Shown in pieces: positions 1 to 9,564 of a DNA stretch of 59,024 nucleotides; position 1 is the stretch's first letter; every line of letters starts with the position of its first letter. The notes below the pieces were generated by a model that saw only the letters and a program-made list of their open reading frames with translations, did not search any database and had not been told where the DNA came from. The stretch lies in assembly GCA_021775895.1 (NCBI GenBank), contig JAJFGX010000089.1:1-59024 (forward strand), read 5' to 3'. The DNA comes from Alphaproteobacteria bacterium (lineage in GTDB: Bacteria > Pseudomonadota > Alphaproteobacteria > Micavibrionales > CSBR16-224). Both the position numbers and the translations under genes were made by a program.

Positions 1-103
1 AATTCTGGAATATCGGCACAGTCGAGGCTGGGGACACGAGCAATCATGGAGCTAGTAGCGACACAACCAACCATGGACAAGTGTTCCATGGTGATTGTCA
101 CTT

Positions 104-223
104 TTAACTATCACACTTGTTTTCTTTTTCTAAAACTAGCAAGTGTTCCAATCTTTTTTCTGCCGCTTTTATTGCGTTAGAATAATTAGACTGTTTGGCT
201 AATATTGTGATTGTTTTCTTCAT
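104..223 (-). CDS. Small 39-aa hypothetical protein downstream of c4-like leader
   Basis: ATG at 223 preceded by GGAG RBS; MKKTITILAKQSNYSNAIKAAEKRLEHLLVLEKENKCDS; lies just after the terminator of the structured leader. Confidence 0.5.
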   Translation of the reverse strand: MKKTITILAKQSNYSNAIKAAEKRLEHLLVLEKENKCDS

Positions 224-245
224 TGGTTTAACTCCATTCGTTATT

Positions 246-278
246 AAAAACAAACGGCCACCAATTTCTTGGTAGCCG
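246..278 (-). terminator. Intrinsic terminator overlapping 3' strand of cloverleaf RNA
   Basis: Minus strand CGGCTACCAA-GAAA-TTGGTGGCCG followed by TTTGTTTTT. Confidence 0.75.
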
Positions 279-353
279 GGGAGTTTCAACCGTCATACAT
301 ACGGCGCAACGTATTCACGCTGAGCGTTATTATATTTCGTCGCCTCCCCAACC
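274..353 (-). ncRNA. c4/CI-like phage antisense RNA (three-stem junction)
   Basis: P1 GGTTGGGGAG/CTCCCCGGCT; P2 GCGACG..CGTTGC with AAUA/GAA internal loop; P3 GCCGT/ACGGT; complementary upstream site CGGGGCTTTACAACC. Confidence 0.6.
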
Positions 354-458
354 AAAAGTCGAGAAAGTAACATATATTTATAACGGTCTAATGTCATAGA
401 CCGCCGAGTAGAGGTTGTAAAGCCCCGAGCAAATGACACATGCCATTCACCTGCCGTG

Positions 459-487
459 ATTATAGCTTTTACTTTTTTGATGGGCAA
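459..487 (-). promoter_or_regulatory. sigma70-type promoter for the structured leader
   Basis: Minus strand TTGCCC-17 nt-TATAAT. Confidence 0.7.
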
Positions 488-635
488 GTGGAAAGATTCT
501 GTACTAATTTAAGTTGTACAAGAACCTTGTGCATATAGTCATTTAATATTATAATTACTCTATAACTATTTATAAAATTAGGACTTTTACCATGGTGGAC
601 TACACTCTTTTTATTGATGAAAGATATATAAAATA

Positions 636-1444
636 ATGAAAAAGACTGATAGAAACTTAAATATTTCTATAGAAGATTGTTTCAAGATCTTTGAACAAAG
701 CTTTACCAGAGTTAAATACTTCACATGCATTACAGATAACTTTGATTTATCAATGCTCCCTAGCAACTGGAATATAGAAAACTCATCTAGCTTAAAATAT
801 TGCATGAATGAACCTAATGAAGCCGATAAACAGATGCTAACAGATGCATATAAACATTTTATTCAATGCTATTTAGTTCGTGACTGTATAGAAAGTTTTG
901 TATTATCTTTAGATAAACTATTTTATACACTACAACTCCATGGAAAGAAAATACCAATGGGCGAGACTTTACTTAATGATGAAGAAAAAAAAGACTTCAA
1001 AAAATTTGAATACATGGGATATGGTTGTAAAATTAAAAAACTAAAAAAAAATTTCAATTGAAATTAGATTCATACGAAGAAATAATTACTAGTTTAACTG
1101 ATATTAGAAACTGCTTTTCTCATCGTAATGGTTTCGTTAGTAAAAATGACGGCAAAACAACAAAAAATAACAAACAAAGTTTCCAATGGAAAACTGTTCA
1201 TTCTTTTGCTAAAGGAACAGAAACTGGAAATATATCATCTATAAAAAATACAGAATACCATTCCGAACCAAGAGATATTTGTATAAAAATTAAGCTACAT
1301 TCAAAACTGCTAGACATCGGTGAACAATTGGCATTCTCTTCTGCAGAAACCTATGAAATAGGCTTCTCATTAAACCTTGTAAAATATAAGTATATTGAAG
1401 AGGTAAAAAAATACATTAAAAGGGTTAATAAATGGAGGAGATGA
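636..1444 (+). pseudogene. HEPN-motif (RxxxxH) protein split by frameshift at A9 tract
   Basis: ORFs 636-1061 and 1058-1444 join if A-run 1043-1051 had 10 A (..LKKKFQLKLDSYEEII..); motif IRNCFSHRNG. Confidence 0.6.
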
Positions 1445-1570
1445 AACAGAATTTTACAAGAAGAACCTAACAAAAGATTCATTAGAAGAGGCACGACAAA
1501 ATTCTACTGAGCTAGACCTTCTAATATCTATGATTACTTTTAACTAAAAAGATAGACACAACACACAAAA

Positions 1571-2023
1571 TTATGCCTTTTTCTCCCAGCCACCATTATC
1601 ATTTTGTTGATAATATACCGTATCCATACCCTGCTCTTTATAGGCTTTCCAGTGTTGCCTTGCGATTTTCACAGCCTCTGCGTCATCACCATTGAACATC
1701 TCACAGCAAATATCATAGTCTGATATTTTATCCGAAACTGCTCCATCTGCGAGTATCAATACATTAGCATTATTTGGATTGTCATCATTATTTGTTAGCC
1801 AAATTGGTTGCTCTAAAGGGTCGATACCCTTACCTTCCGAGCCGTGTGGTAGAAAACTATTTGGATCAAAGCTCCACAAAAGACTATCTAGCATCTTAAC
1901 GCTATCTTCTTTTCCAAGTTTCACCACCACTCGATGACCAATCGAGTGTATTTTTGCCAATAATGGCGGTAAGTTATGCTCCATTACCCCACGTTGTAAA
2001 TGATAAAAGCGAACTTCGGTCAT
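1571..2023 (-). CDS. holC: DNA polymerase III subunit chi
   Basis: MTEVRFYHL, LW..SFLPHG, QPIWLT, AR..WK motifs; follows pepA. Confidence 0.93.
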   Translation of the reverse strand: MTEVRFYHLQRGVMEHNLPPLLAKIHSIGHRVVVKLGKEDSVKMLDSLLWSFDPNSFLPHGSEGKGIDPLEQPIWLTNNDDNPNNANVLILADGAVSDKISDYDICCEMFNGDDAEAVKIARQHWKAYKEQGMDTVYYQQNDNGGWEKKA

Positions 2024-2029
2024 GTTTGT

Positions 2030-3565
2030 TTATTTGCCCTCATAATGTGTTTTAACTAAAGTATCTAGTAAACGCACTCCATAGCCTGTTCCACCTTTAG
2101 GCACTGTTGGACGGTCTTTATCTGCCCATGCCATGCCTGCAATATCAATATGAGCCCAAGCCGTGCCTTTTTTAATGAAACGCTGTAAGAAAGCCGCCGC
2201 AGTTGCACTGCCAGCCCCCGTACTTGCACCGCCAATATTTTGAATATCGGCTATCGGGCTATCGATTGCCTTATCCCAAGCCTTACACATTGGCATATGC
2301 CATGCTTTTTCATCTACTGCTTCGCCTGCCTCTGCTATTTGTTTTGGTAGTTCTTCATCATTTGAGAAAATTCCTGCATATTCATGCCCTAGAGCAACTA
2401 TTATTGCTCCCGTCAATGTTGCTAAATCAATTACCACTTTTGGTTTGAATTTCTCTTGCGTATGCCATAGAGCGTCTGCGAGAACCAAGCGTCCTTCTGC
2501 ATCTGTATTTAAAACCTCAATGGTTTGACCAGACATAGATGTCACAACGTCACCTGGACGAGTAGCTGTACTAGATGGCATATTTTCAGCCAACGCAATA
2601 ACGCCGATAACATTTACTTTTGCTTTACGTCCTGCCAAGGCTTTGATTAAGCCTGTTACAGTACCTGCACCCCCCATATCCCATTTCATTTTATCCATTC
2701 CAGCCGCAGGCTTTAAGGATATTCCACCTGTATCAAAGGTAACGCCCTTACCAACAAAGGCAATCGGCTGTTTTTGCTTAGCTGATGCTGTTTTAGGCAA
2801 TCCATCATATTGCATGATGACCATACGTGAAGGTCTAGCACTGCCCTGCCCTACAGATAATAAAGAGCCCATACCAAGTTTTTCCATGTGCTTATCTGTC
2901 AATATTTGTACCTTAACCCCCATCGGAGTTAGCTCTTTTTTTGCTCTAGCGGCAAAACTTTCTGGGTAAAGAACATTTGCAGGCTCTGTCACCAAGTCAC
3001 GAGTTAAAAACACACCTTCTGCAATTTTTTGTAATGGAGTAAATAATTTTTTTGCTTCTGCAACTTCACTTAAAATAAAGTCCAGCTTTTTTATTTCAAC
3101 TTTGTCTTTGCCTTTGCTTTTACTTTTGGTTTTATATTGGTCAAAGCTATAATCTTCAAGCACCGCTCCATATGCCATATGAGCCGCAAAGCTCTGATTA
3201 CTATGCCCATCAAAACTATCTAATAAAATACTAGCCTGACTAATTTTATGCATTTTTAATGTTCTAACAACAACGCTGCCGAAAGCCTCAATATCAGTTA
3301 ATGAGCATTCTTTTGCATTACCTACCCCCAAAAGTACTATATGATCAACCTCTGCCCCTGCAATGCCAGTAAGAATTAAGCTCTGCCTAGCTTTGCCAGT
3401 GAAGTTAGCACTAGCCTTAATTGCTGATGAAAGAGCCATTTTTACTTTCTTATCAAAGTCACTAGCATTGCTTTCAATTACCGCTTTTCCTGCTTTGTTT
3501 GCAATAAGAACAACCAATGCACTATTGTTTGCTGGCTTTGTTGTGTAGAATCCTGTTTTAAGCAT
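2030..3565 (-). CDS. pepA: Leucyl aminopeptidase
   Basis: GKGVTFDTGG, MKWDMGG, NTDAEGRLVLAD, DLATLTGA. Confidence 0.97.
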   Translation of the reverse strand: MLKTGFYTTKPANNSALVVLIANKAGKAVIESNASDFDKKVKMALSSAIKASANFTGKARQSLILTGIAGAEVDHIVLLGVGNAKECSLTDIEAFGSVVVRTLKMHKISQASILLDSFDGHSNQSFAAHMAYGAVLEDYSFDQYKTKSKSKGKDKVEIKKLDFILSEVAEAKKLFTPLQKIAEGVFLTRDLVTEPANVLYPESFAARAKKELTPMGVKVQILTDKHMEKLGMGSLLSVGQGSARPSRMVIMQYDGLPKTASAKQKQPIAFVGKGVTFDTGGISLKPAAGMDKMKWDMGGAGTVTGLIKALAGRKAKVNVIGVIALAENMPSSTATRPGDVVTSMSGQTIEVLNTDAEGRLVLADALWHTQEKFKPKVVIDLATLTGAIIVALGHEYAGIFSNDEELPKQIAEAGEAVDEKAWHMPMCKAWDKAIDSPIADIQNIGGASTGAGSATAAAFLQRFIKKGTAWAHIDIAGMAWADKDRPTVPKGGTGYGVRLLDTLVKTHYEGK

Positions 3566-3652
3566 GTTTAATTCCCCTAAATTTTCTTTTCATTTGATGT
3601 AAATTACACTACAAAGAAGCGTAGCAAATAAATTAGAAATAAAATAGAGCAA

Positions 3653-4798
3653 ATGTATCTTACAAACCGTTATATAACAAAAGGACTTCTTAGCATATGC
3701 TTGCTAGTCGCTTTGGTGCTTACATCTATTATTTGGCTAACGCAATCTCTACGTTTGCTTGAGCTAATTGTAAATTCTAGCGCTCCATTTAGCTTATTCT
3801 TTAAAATGATTGTTTTTTCTCTGCCAAAATTTATGGAAGTTATTTGCCCTGTCGCTGTCATGACCTCCGTAATTTTTATATACAACCGTATGATTAGCGA
3901 TAATGAGCTTATCATTATGCGTTCTGCTGGCATTAGCCCACTTGTTTTATCTCGACCCGCAATTACTATATCAGCAGGTGTTACGGCTATTTTATTAATT
4001 ATGAGCACTTGGTTATCGCCTGTTGCTATTGGAAATATGTACAATTTAAAACAAGTAGTTAAAGCAGAGTATTCAACCTTCTTGCTAAGAGAAGGTGTTT
4101 TTAACCCTGTAAGCACTTACCTAACTATCTACTTACGAGAGCGTGGACATAAAGGGGAGCTTAAAGGGCTACTTATTCATGACACGAGACCTGAAAATAA
4201 AACTCCTGTAACTATCACTGCAAAACGTGGAGTTGTCTTAACCACAGAAAAAGAACCCAAAGTAATTATATACGATGGAATGAGACAGCAATTTGAACCT
4301 GAAACCAAAAGCATGTCACGATTAGGCTTTGAAAGATATACCTTGGAAATAAAAGACTTTCAATCAGAGGTTAGTAAGCGCTGGCGTTCTGAAAAACAAA
4401 GAACCCTAACTGAACTAATATTTCAAACCGATTTGAACGATGAGCAAAAAAAGAAATATTCATATAAATTTTATGCAGAAGCGTCAAAGCGTATTATCAC
4501 TCCTTTCAGTGCTATTGGCTATGCAATGATTGCGCTTGTCTGCCTCTTAACTGGCTCTTTTAATCGCAGAGGGCAAGTTAAACGTATTTTAATGGCTATT
4601 GGCATTACTCTTGTCTTACAAAGCTCATATCTTGGACTTGCCAGCCTTATTAAAACAGAAATTTGGGCAATCCCTGTTTTATATATTTCGGTTTTAGCTC
4701 CTATATTTATAAGTTTATTTATACTTAGCGATAAAGGACGAATTCTAATTTCTAGGCTGCTGAAAAGCTCGCACCAACAAAAAATGGTGAAAATATGA
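3653..4798 (+). CDS. lptF: LPS export ABC transporter permease LptF
   Basis: Six-TM YjgP/YjgQ architecture, DNELIIMRSAGIS; divergent from pepA. Confidence 0.9.
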   Translation: MYLTNRYITKGLLSICLLVALVLTSIIWLTQSLRLLELIVNSSAPFSLFFKMIVFSLPKFMEVICPVAVMTSVIFIYNRMISDNELIIMRSAGISPLVLSRPAITISAGVTAILLIMSTWLSPVAIGNMYNLKQVVKAEYSTFLLREGVFNPVSTYLTIYLRERGHKGELKGLLIHDTRPENKTPVTITAKRGVVLTTEKEPKVIIYDGMRQQFEPETKSMSRLGFERYTLEIKDFQSEVSKRWRSEKQRTLTELIFQTDLNDEQKKKYSYKFYAEASKRIITPFSAIGYAMIALVCLLTGSFNRRGQVKRILMAIGITLVLQSSYLGLASLIKTEIWAIPVLYISVLAPIFISLFILSDKGRILISRLLKSSHQQKMVKI

Positions 4799-5892
4799 GA
4801 AATTATTCCTTTATTTTATGGCGTTACACAGCAATACACTTTTTGCTTAGCTTCGTTGCTCTATTGCTTATCTTACTTGGTATTGTCTACATATTTGACA
4901 TTATAGAATTGCTGAGAAGAGCTTCAAAACTTGATGGTGTAGGAATTGGAATAGTGGCTCATATGGCTATATTAAAGCTACCTGAAGTTGGACAAGTTTT
5001 ATTGCCTTTTGCCGTTTTATTTAGTGCAATGTATAGTTTTTGGACGCTTAATAAAAAAAGTGAAATTATAATTATGCGTTCATCTGGTATATCTGCTTGG
5101 CATTTTCTTACCCCATCTTTATTTAGTGCTTTTTTTATAGGGGTTATTGCGATTACTATTTTAAATCCTTTATCCTCAATTTTATTGCAAAAATATCAAA
5201 CCATGGAAGAATTGCACCTTAAGAAAAAGAGCCATTTCGTCGCTCTACTGCAAAATGGCTTATGGCTTCGTCAAAATGACCCTGAAGGCTATGCACTTAT
5301 ATATGCTAAAGAATTTGAGCCTCATAGCTGGAATTTAAGTGATGTTATAAGTTTTACTTTCGATACAGAAGATAATTTTATTCAACGTATAGATGGTAGT
5401 AAAGCAGAACTAATGGACGGCTATTGGAATATCTCACAGGCTGTAATACATAAAAACACCCCAAAACCAGAGCGTATTGATACATACAGATATCCAACCA
5501 CACTTACGGCACAAGAAATTGACGATTCATTTGCCTCACCAGAAACTTTATCATTTTGGGAAATACCTAATTTCATTAAAAAAATGGAAGAAACTGGCGT
5601 ATCTACCAGCACGCTAAAAGTACATTTTCAATCACTTTTATCTAGACCGTTGTTCTTCTTATCAATGGTTTTACTCGCCGCTACAGTCTCCCTACGCCCT
5701 GTCAGACAAGGCAATAGTGGGTTTTTAATTGTTAGTGGTATTGCACTTGGTTTTGCTGTTTTATTCATAGAAACTGTTCTACAAGCCTTTGGTATATCTC
5801 AAAAACTACCGATAACTCTTGCTGCATGGACACCTGCTTTATTAACAACTCTTTTAGGAACGGTTGCCATACTTACTCTTGAAGATGGCTAA
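4795..5892 (+). CDS. lptG: LPS export ABC transporter permease LptG
   Basis: SEIIIMRSSGISAW, GLWLRQ, LAAWTP..LEDG; ATGA overlap with lptF. Confidence 0.9.
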   Translation: MRNYSFILWRYTAIHFLLSFVALLLILLGIVYIFDIIELLRRASKLDGVGIGIVAHMAILKLPEVGQVLLPFAVLFSAMYSFWTLNKKSEIIIMRSSGISAWHFLTPSLFSAFFIGVIAITILNPLSSILLQKYQTMEELHLKKKSHFVALLQNGLWLRQNDPEGYALIYAKEFEPHSWNLSDVISFTFDTEDNFIQRIDGSKAELMDGYWNISQAVIHKNTPKPERIDTYRYPTTLTAQEIDDSFASPETLSFWEIPNFIKKMEETGVSTSTLKVHFQSLLSRPLFFLSMVLLAATVSLRPVRQGNSGFLIVSGIALGFAVLFIETVLQAFGISQKLPITLAAWTPALLTTLLGTVAILTLEDG

Positions 5893-6814
5893 TAACTTTA
5901 TCTATATTAGCTTTTGTAGCATTCTCTATTATTTCAGCATCAGACATTTGATTACGAAACCATGTCATTTGTCGCTTTGCATAGTTTCTAGTTACTTGTT
6001 GTGCTTTACTAATAGCCTCGTCAATACTGCAATTACCGACTAAATAATCAGACAATTCCTTAAACCCCAGAGCATTAACCAGAGCAACATCAGAATTTAT
6101 TTTTTCATTATCAATTAAGGAACAAAATTCAGTTACTTCATCAAGAGCCCCATTTTCAACCATTAATTCAAATCTTTCATTACATCGCTGATATAGTATA
6201 TCTCTATCTGGTTGCAAAACAGTTTTTATAAACTTGATGTTATCAGGCACCCCTTCCCGTGGCATATCTTGCCAATAAGCAAGACTTTTACCAGTAGCTT
6301 CCAAAACCTCCCATGCTCGCATCATTCGCTGCGGGTTAAGCATGTCTATACGTTTGATGATTTCAGTATCTAACTTTGATAACTCTACAGCAAATTGCTC
6401 TCGTCCCAACTTATTATAGATGTCTATTGTACTCTCTCGAACTTCATCTGGTATTTGAGGAATTAAACTTAAACCTTCGGTAAGTGCTTTAAAATAAAGT
6501 CCTGTGCCCCCAGTAATAATGGGGAGCTTTCCTGTTGCGTGTGCTTTATTTATAGCATCAATAGCCATATCCCTCCACATTGCAGCAGAATAATCTTGCG
6601 TTGGAGATAATTCTCCATAAAGGTAATGTGGGACAATAGACTTATCTTCTATAGATGGGTGAGCTGTCAACATATGCAAGCCATCATAAACTTGCATTGA
6701 ATCGGCATTAATAATGACACCAGAACAAGCCTTAGCAATTTCTAGAGCAAAGCCAGACTTACCGCTTGCCGTAGCCCCTGCAACAATTAAAACTTTCCTA
6801 GCATTAATAATCAT
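5873..6814 (-). CDS. miaA: tRNA dimethylallyltransferase
   Basis: GATASGKS, INADSMQVY, GGTGLY, TRNYAKRQMTWFR. Confidence 0.97.
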   Translation of the reverse strand: MIINARKVLIVAGATASGKSGFALEIAKACSGVIINADSMQVYDGLHMLTAHPSIEDKSIVPHYLYGELSPTQDYSAAMWRDMAIDAINKAHATGKLPIITGGTGLYFKALTEGLSLIPQIPDEVRESTIDIYNKLGREQFAVELSKLDTEIIKRIDMLNPQRMMRAWEVLEATGKSLAYWQDMPREGVPDNIKFIKTVLQPDRDILYQRCNERFELMVENGALDEVTEFCSLIDNEKINSDVALVNALGFKELSDYLVGNCSIDEAISKAQQVTRNYAKRQMTWFRNQMSDAEIIENATKANIDKVISHLQE

Positions 6815-8376
6815 TTTTGTTTTAATCGTATTCCAACAAAACGTAAATTATCAGCTCTAGAAACCAAAAGTAAAATAGAGGTTTTCTTTTTCTTTATCAT
6901 TGACTTAAGCACGCCCTGCAATGACTTTACATTAACGATCACTTTTCTATCTGCTTCAACGATAACATCGCCCTCACGCAAACCTTTATCAGCGGCTGGG
7001 CTTTCTTGCAAAACCTTTGTAATAACAACGCCAGATACCAATTTATCAATTTTATACTGTTTGCGTAAATTATCATTTATAACACTGGCAAAAACTCCAA
7101 GCTCTTTCAGTTCAATCGCATTTGTCAAACTACCATCTCCATGAGTTTTTGAAGCAGACTTAACTAAACCATTTTCTTCCGCTTTTTCTAACTCTCCAAG
7201 ACGTACTTTAACCTTATTCTCTTTACCATCACGCCACACTAAAACAGTTACGGTACGACCAACATCTGTTTCAGCAACAATTAAAGGTAATTGACGCATT
7301 TCTGAAATAGGCTTGCCATCAAATTTAATAATTACATCACCAGATTTAATACCACCTTTACTAGCAGGGCCATCTTTTGTTGCGCTTGAAACTAATGCTC
7401 CCATTTTTTCCTTCATACCTAAGCTATCAGCAATATCTTCTGTTACCTCTTGTATACGAACACCAAGCCAGCCACGTTTTGTTTGACCATATTTTATCAA
7501 CTGTTTAACAACATTTTTTGCTAGATTTGCAGGCACAGCAAATCCTATCCCGACAGAACCACCAGATGGTGAAAAGATTGCAGTATTAACCCCAATAACA
7601 TCACCTTTAACATTGAACATTGGGCCTCCAGAATTACCTCTATTTATTGAAGCATCTGTTTGAATGAAATCATCATAAGGCCCTGCATTAATATTCCTTT
7701 GACGAGCAGATATAATACCTGTAGTAACAGTACCACCAAGACCAAATGGATTGCCTATTGCTAAAATCCAATTACCTACTCTAGCCGAGCTACTATCTCC
7801 CCATTTAGCAGCAGTTAATTTATGCTTAGTTTTTATTTGCAGAACAGCTAAGTCTGTTTTTTTATCATGACCAATTAAAACTGCATCTATATTAGTATCA
7901 TCATGTAATATTACTTTTATATCATCAGCCCCATCAATCACATGGTTATTAGTTACAATATAGCCTTTTTCAGCATCTATAACAAAACCAGAACCTAAAG
8001 ATGATACTTCCGATGGCTGATTTTGTGGTATGTTTTCATACTGTTCAAAAAAATCACGGAACATATCTTCGAATGGGGAATTCATACCAAAATTAGGCAT
8101 CGGAGGCCTTTTCTGTGCTTGAACTTTATGAGTCGTTGAAACATTAACCACTGTTGGTAATAAAATTTCCGCTAAATCAGCAAAGCCTTCATTAAAATCC
8201 ACTACATTATTCTTTGTTTGTTCGCTAACTGTAGTTTTTGATTTTAATAATGGTGATGTTTCTTTATTACCAAAAGCGAACACAGAGTAGTTAGCCACAA
8301 TAATGACAACAATAAAAGAAGCCACCACAAATAAAGAAATTAAATAGTTTGTTTTTTTATTATTTATCTTACTCAT
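6811..8376 (-). CDS. degP: Do/DegP family periplasmic serine protease
   Basis: TNNHV, DLAVL, GNSGGP triad motifs plus two PDZ domains. Confidence 0.93.
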   Translation of the reverse strand: MSKINNKKTNYLISLFVVASFIVVIIVANYSVFAFGNKETSPLLKSKTTVSEQTKNNVVDFNEGFADLAEILLPTVVNVSTTHKVQAQKRPPMPNFGMNSPFEDMFRDFFEQYENIPQNQPSEVSSLGSGFVIDAEKGYIVTNNHVIDGADDIKVILHDDTNIDAVLIGHDKKTDLAVLQIKTKHKLTAAKWGDSSSARVGNWILAIGNPFGLGGTVTTGIISARQRNINAGPYDDFIQTDASINRGNSGGPMFNVKGDVIGVNTAIFSPSGGSVGIGFAVPANLAKNVVKQLIKYGQTKRGWLGVRIQEVTEDIADSLGMKEKMGALVSSATKDGPASKGGIKSGDVIIKFDGKPISEMRQLPLIVAETDVGRTVTVLVWRDGKENKVKVRLGELEKAEENGLVKSASKTHGDGSLTNAIELKELGVFASVINDNLRKQYKIDKLVSGVVITKVLQESPAADKGLREGDVIVEADRKVIVNVKSLQGVLKSMIKKKKTSILLLVSRADNLRFVGIRLKQK

Positions 8377-8380
8377 AACC

Positions 8381-9250
8381 CTATTGACCTTTCAATGTTT
8401 TTTCAAAAAAGTTAAAAAACTCAGTATCTGGGGACAACACAAACATTGTATCATCACTAGATAAAGAATCTTTGTAGGCTTCCAAAGAACGATGAAAAGC
8501 ATAAAATTTAGGATCTTTATTGTAAGCTTTAGCATAAATTGCAATCGCATCTTTATCGCCTTCACCACGAAGTATTTGTGCCTCTTTTTCTGCCTCTGAT
8601 ATTAAAATAATGCTCTCTTTATCAGCTTTAGATCTTATTTCTTTTGCTAGCTCATTACCTTGAGCACGAAACTCTTTCGCTTCACGATCACGTTCTGAAC
8701 GCATACGAGCATAAATTGATTGACTAATTTGATCAGGGAAATCAGTGCGTCCAATACGGACATCAACTATAGATAAACCAAAACGCTGTACAGAGCCATT
8801 AACCTCTTCTTTAATTTTATTCATTACATCTGAACGTTTCTCTGTCAAAATATCATTCAAAGTTGAATTACCTAAAGTACTACGTACCGAACTATTAATT
8901 AAGTTATGAAGTCTAGTTACAGCTTGTGATTCTGTTTGCAGAGTCTTGTAGAAAGTCAGCATATCAACAATTTTATATCTAGCAAACGTGTCCACAACCA
9001 AACGTTTTTGATCTGCCAAAATCAGCTCTTCTGATGGGGGATCAACCTCCAAAACACGACGATCAAACACTTTCAAATTTTCAATAAATGGAACTTTAGT
9101 TTTTAAACCCGGTGTAGGGTGTTGCCTTACAGGGTCACCAAAACGCAAGACAATTACTTGTTTTGTTTCTGGCACAATAAACAAAGACTGTGTAATCAAA
9201 ATAAAAGATACTGCAAGAAAAATTAATATCGCCATAAGATGTTTTGTCAT
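8381..9250 (-). CDS. hflC: FtsH modulator HflC
   Basis: N-terminal TM, SPFH domain, RMRSERDREA, GEGD, FYAFHRSLEAY. Confidence 0.93.
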   Translation of the reverse strand: MTKHLMAILIFLAVSFILITQSLFIVPETKQVIVLRFGDPVRQHPTPGLKTKVPFIENLKVFDRRVLEVDPPSEELILADQKRLVVDTFARYKIVDMLTFYKTLQTESQAVTRLHNLINSSVRSTLGNSTLNDILTEKRSDVMNKIKEEVNGSVQRFGLSIVDVRIGRTDFPDQISQSIYARMRSERDREAKEFRAQGNELAKEIRSKADKESIILISEAEKEAQILRGEGDKDAIAIYAKAYNKDPKFYAFHRSLEAYKDSLSSDDTMFVLSPDTEFFNFFEKTLKGQ

Positions 9251-9332
9251 TTGTTTGTCTATTCCTTCTATTAAATACCTTAATTAATTTAAAATATTAT
9301 ATGATATTGTTTTAATATCGTAAACAATTTAA

Positions 9333-9422
9333 TGGTGCGGCCGAGAAGACTCGAACTTCCACGGGAAAAAAAATCCCACAGCGACCTCAACGCTGCGCGT
9401 CTACCAATTCCGCCACGGCCGC
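9333..9422 (-). tRNA. tRNA-Leu(GAG)
   Basis: GCGGCCGTGGCGGAATTGGTAGACGCGCAGCGTTGAGGTCGCTG..long variable arm..GAAGTTCGAGTCTTCTCGGCCGCACCA; encoded CCA. Confidence 0.97.
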
Positions 9423-9564
9423 AAAAACCAATAAAGCCGTATATATTCATACATAAAATTACAAAATGAGACAACCACTAAATAATTTTTAAAGTAAGAT
9501 TTTACCTATCTATTCTTTTTTGCTATATTGTCTTAATGATTCACAAATATTTAGGTGTAGATAA

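Noticed and set aside
293-487. 64-aa ORF from the ORF track
   Set aside because: Its TTG start is the -35 box of the promoter and it runs through the structured RNA; better explained as non-coding leader
1-500. Retron msr-msd or tRNA remnant
   Set aside because: No reverse transcriptase in the window and no T-loop/anticodon consensus; c4/CI-like organisation fits better
9333-9422. tRNA as integration site of a genomic island
   Set aside because: No integrase or duplicated tRNA 3' end seen; flanks are core genes
9289-9474. 61-aa ORF
   Set aside because: Translation of the tRNA-Leu gene
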